A stretch of 64,000 nucleotides of DNA from Callorhinchus milii. Its lineage: Eukaryota. A program made the position numbers and the translations under genes. Shown here in pieces: positions 63,301-64,000 of this stretch (position 1 is its first letter; each line of letters starts with the position of its first letter). The stretch spans positions 28,646,001-28,710,000 of the forward strand of contig NW_024704742.1 in the NCBI RefSeq assembly GCF_018977255.1, written 5' to 3'. The notes under the pieces are model-generated. The model saw only the letters and a program-made list of their open reading frames with translations, ran no database searches and was not told the origin of the DNA.

Positions 63301-63619
63301 GATAATAATAATAATAATCCTTGCATTTGATATAGCGCTTTTCACGTCGAGAGGACATCCCAAAGCGCTTCACAGAATATACTGTAAAGTGAATTGACTG
63401 TATATTTGTGGGCGAACGCAACAGCCTATTGCGCACAGCAATGTCCCACCAACAGTCGTAGATTGAAAATGACCAATTTATTATTGTTTTTGTTTTTGGA
63501 GGGATTATTATTAGGCGTGTGGAGTAAGGAAAGTTGCCCAAGGTTTCGCACTGTCTGAAATTGAACTCAGGTCTCTCGCTTGCAAAGCGAGTGCTCTAAC
63601 CACTGAGCTACAGGACTCC
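63301..63619 (-). mobile_element. Full-length young SINE, short subfamily, abutting the tail of an older SINE (63620-63755)
   Basis: As for 36718. Confidence 0.92.
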
Positions 63620-64000
63620 AATAATGATAATCTTTGCATTTGTTATCGCGTCTTATCATGTCGGAAGCATGACTCAAAGTGTTTCACAGGAATTACTATG
63701 AGGTGGAGTGACTGTATATGTAGGCAAACACGCAGCGTAATTGTGCACAGCACAACGAATAAACTATTTTCTGCTTGCAGGATTCAAAGAATCGGAGTCA
63801 AAGTCGATATCCCTGGCCACTGTGAAGGCCAGCAAAGATGGTGAGACCTCAGTGTTGGTGAGTGCTAGGAGAGTTGGGAGTCAGCAGTCTACACTCACAG
63901 AGCCTGGCCTGGTCCAGTTAGGCTGGAATTCGGGATATCCGGAGTCCAGTAAATTGGGGGGGGGTTTACTGTAATATGACATCGCTTGCACTATGATCAC

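Noticed and set aside
30785..63541. Recurrent short ORFs with near-identical peptides (e.g. [18 protein letters not shown]...REKRYIKCKDYYY)
   Set aside because: Translations of SINE copies, not a gene family.

Overview
Vertebrate genomic DNA. The repeat content (tRNA-derived CORE-like SINEs with L2 tails, Deu-type SINEs, LF-SINE, L2/CR1 LINE debris) suggests a cartilaginous fish, possibly a holocephalan; this is an inference. The only protein-coding gene I can support is protocadherin-10 (PCDH10, a delta-2 protocadherin) on the minus strand. Its large coding exon 1 (ATG at 16153 to donor at 13667), exon 2 (11761-11819) and exon 3 (11397-11503) have canonical GT-AG sites and compatible phases. 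Exons 4-5 were not found and presumably lie left of position 1. The gene's 5' half sits in a ~12 kb CpG-rich zone with no recognisable transposons and many simple repeats. The remaining ~47 kb upstream is a gene desert filled with SINE, LINE and MITE copies plus a few candidate regulatory elements. I found no clearly novel multi-gene system. The most interesting signals are: (1) a ~0.8 kb two-unit minisatellite in intron 1 that keeps the exon-1 read-through frame open for 351 extra codons and forms a large YCAY/GATA motif array; (2) SINE subfamilies whose 3' stem-loop matches the local L2 LINE tail; (3) LF-SINE copies upstream of a neural gene; (4) nested retroposon insertions. Repeat boundaries are approximate, and family names come from recall of consensus sequences, not a database search.
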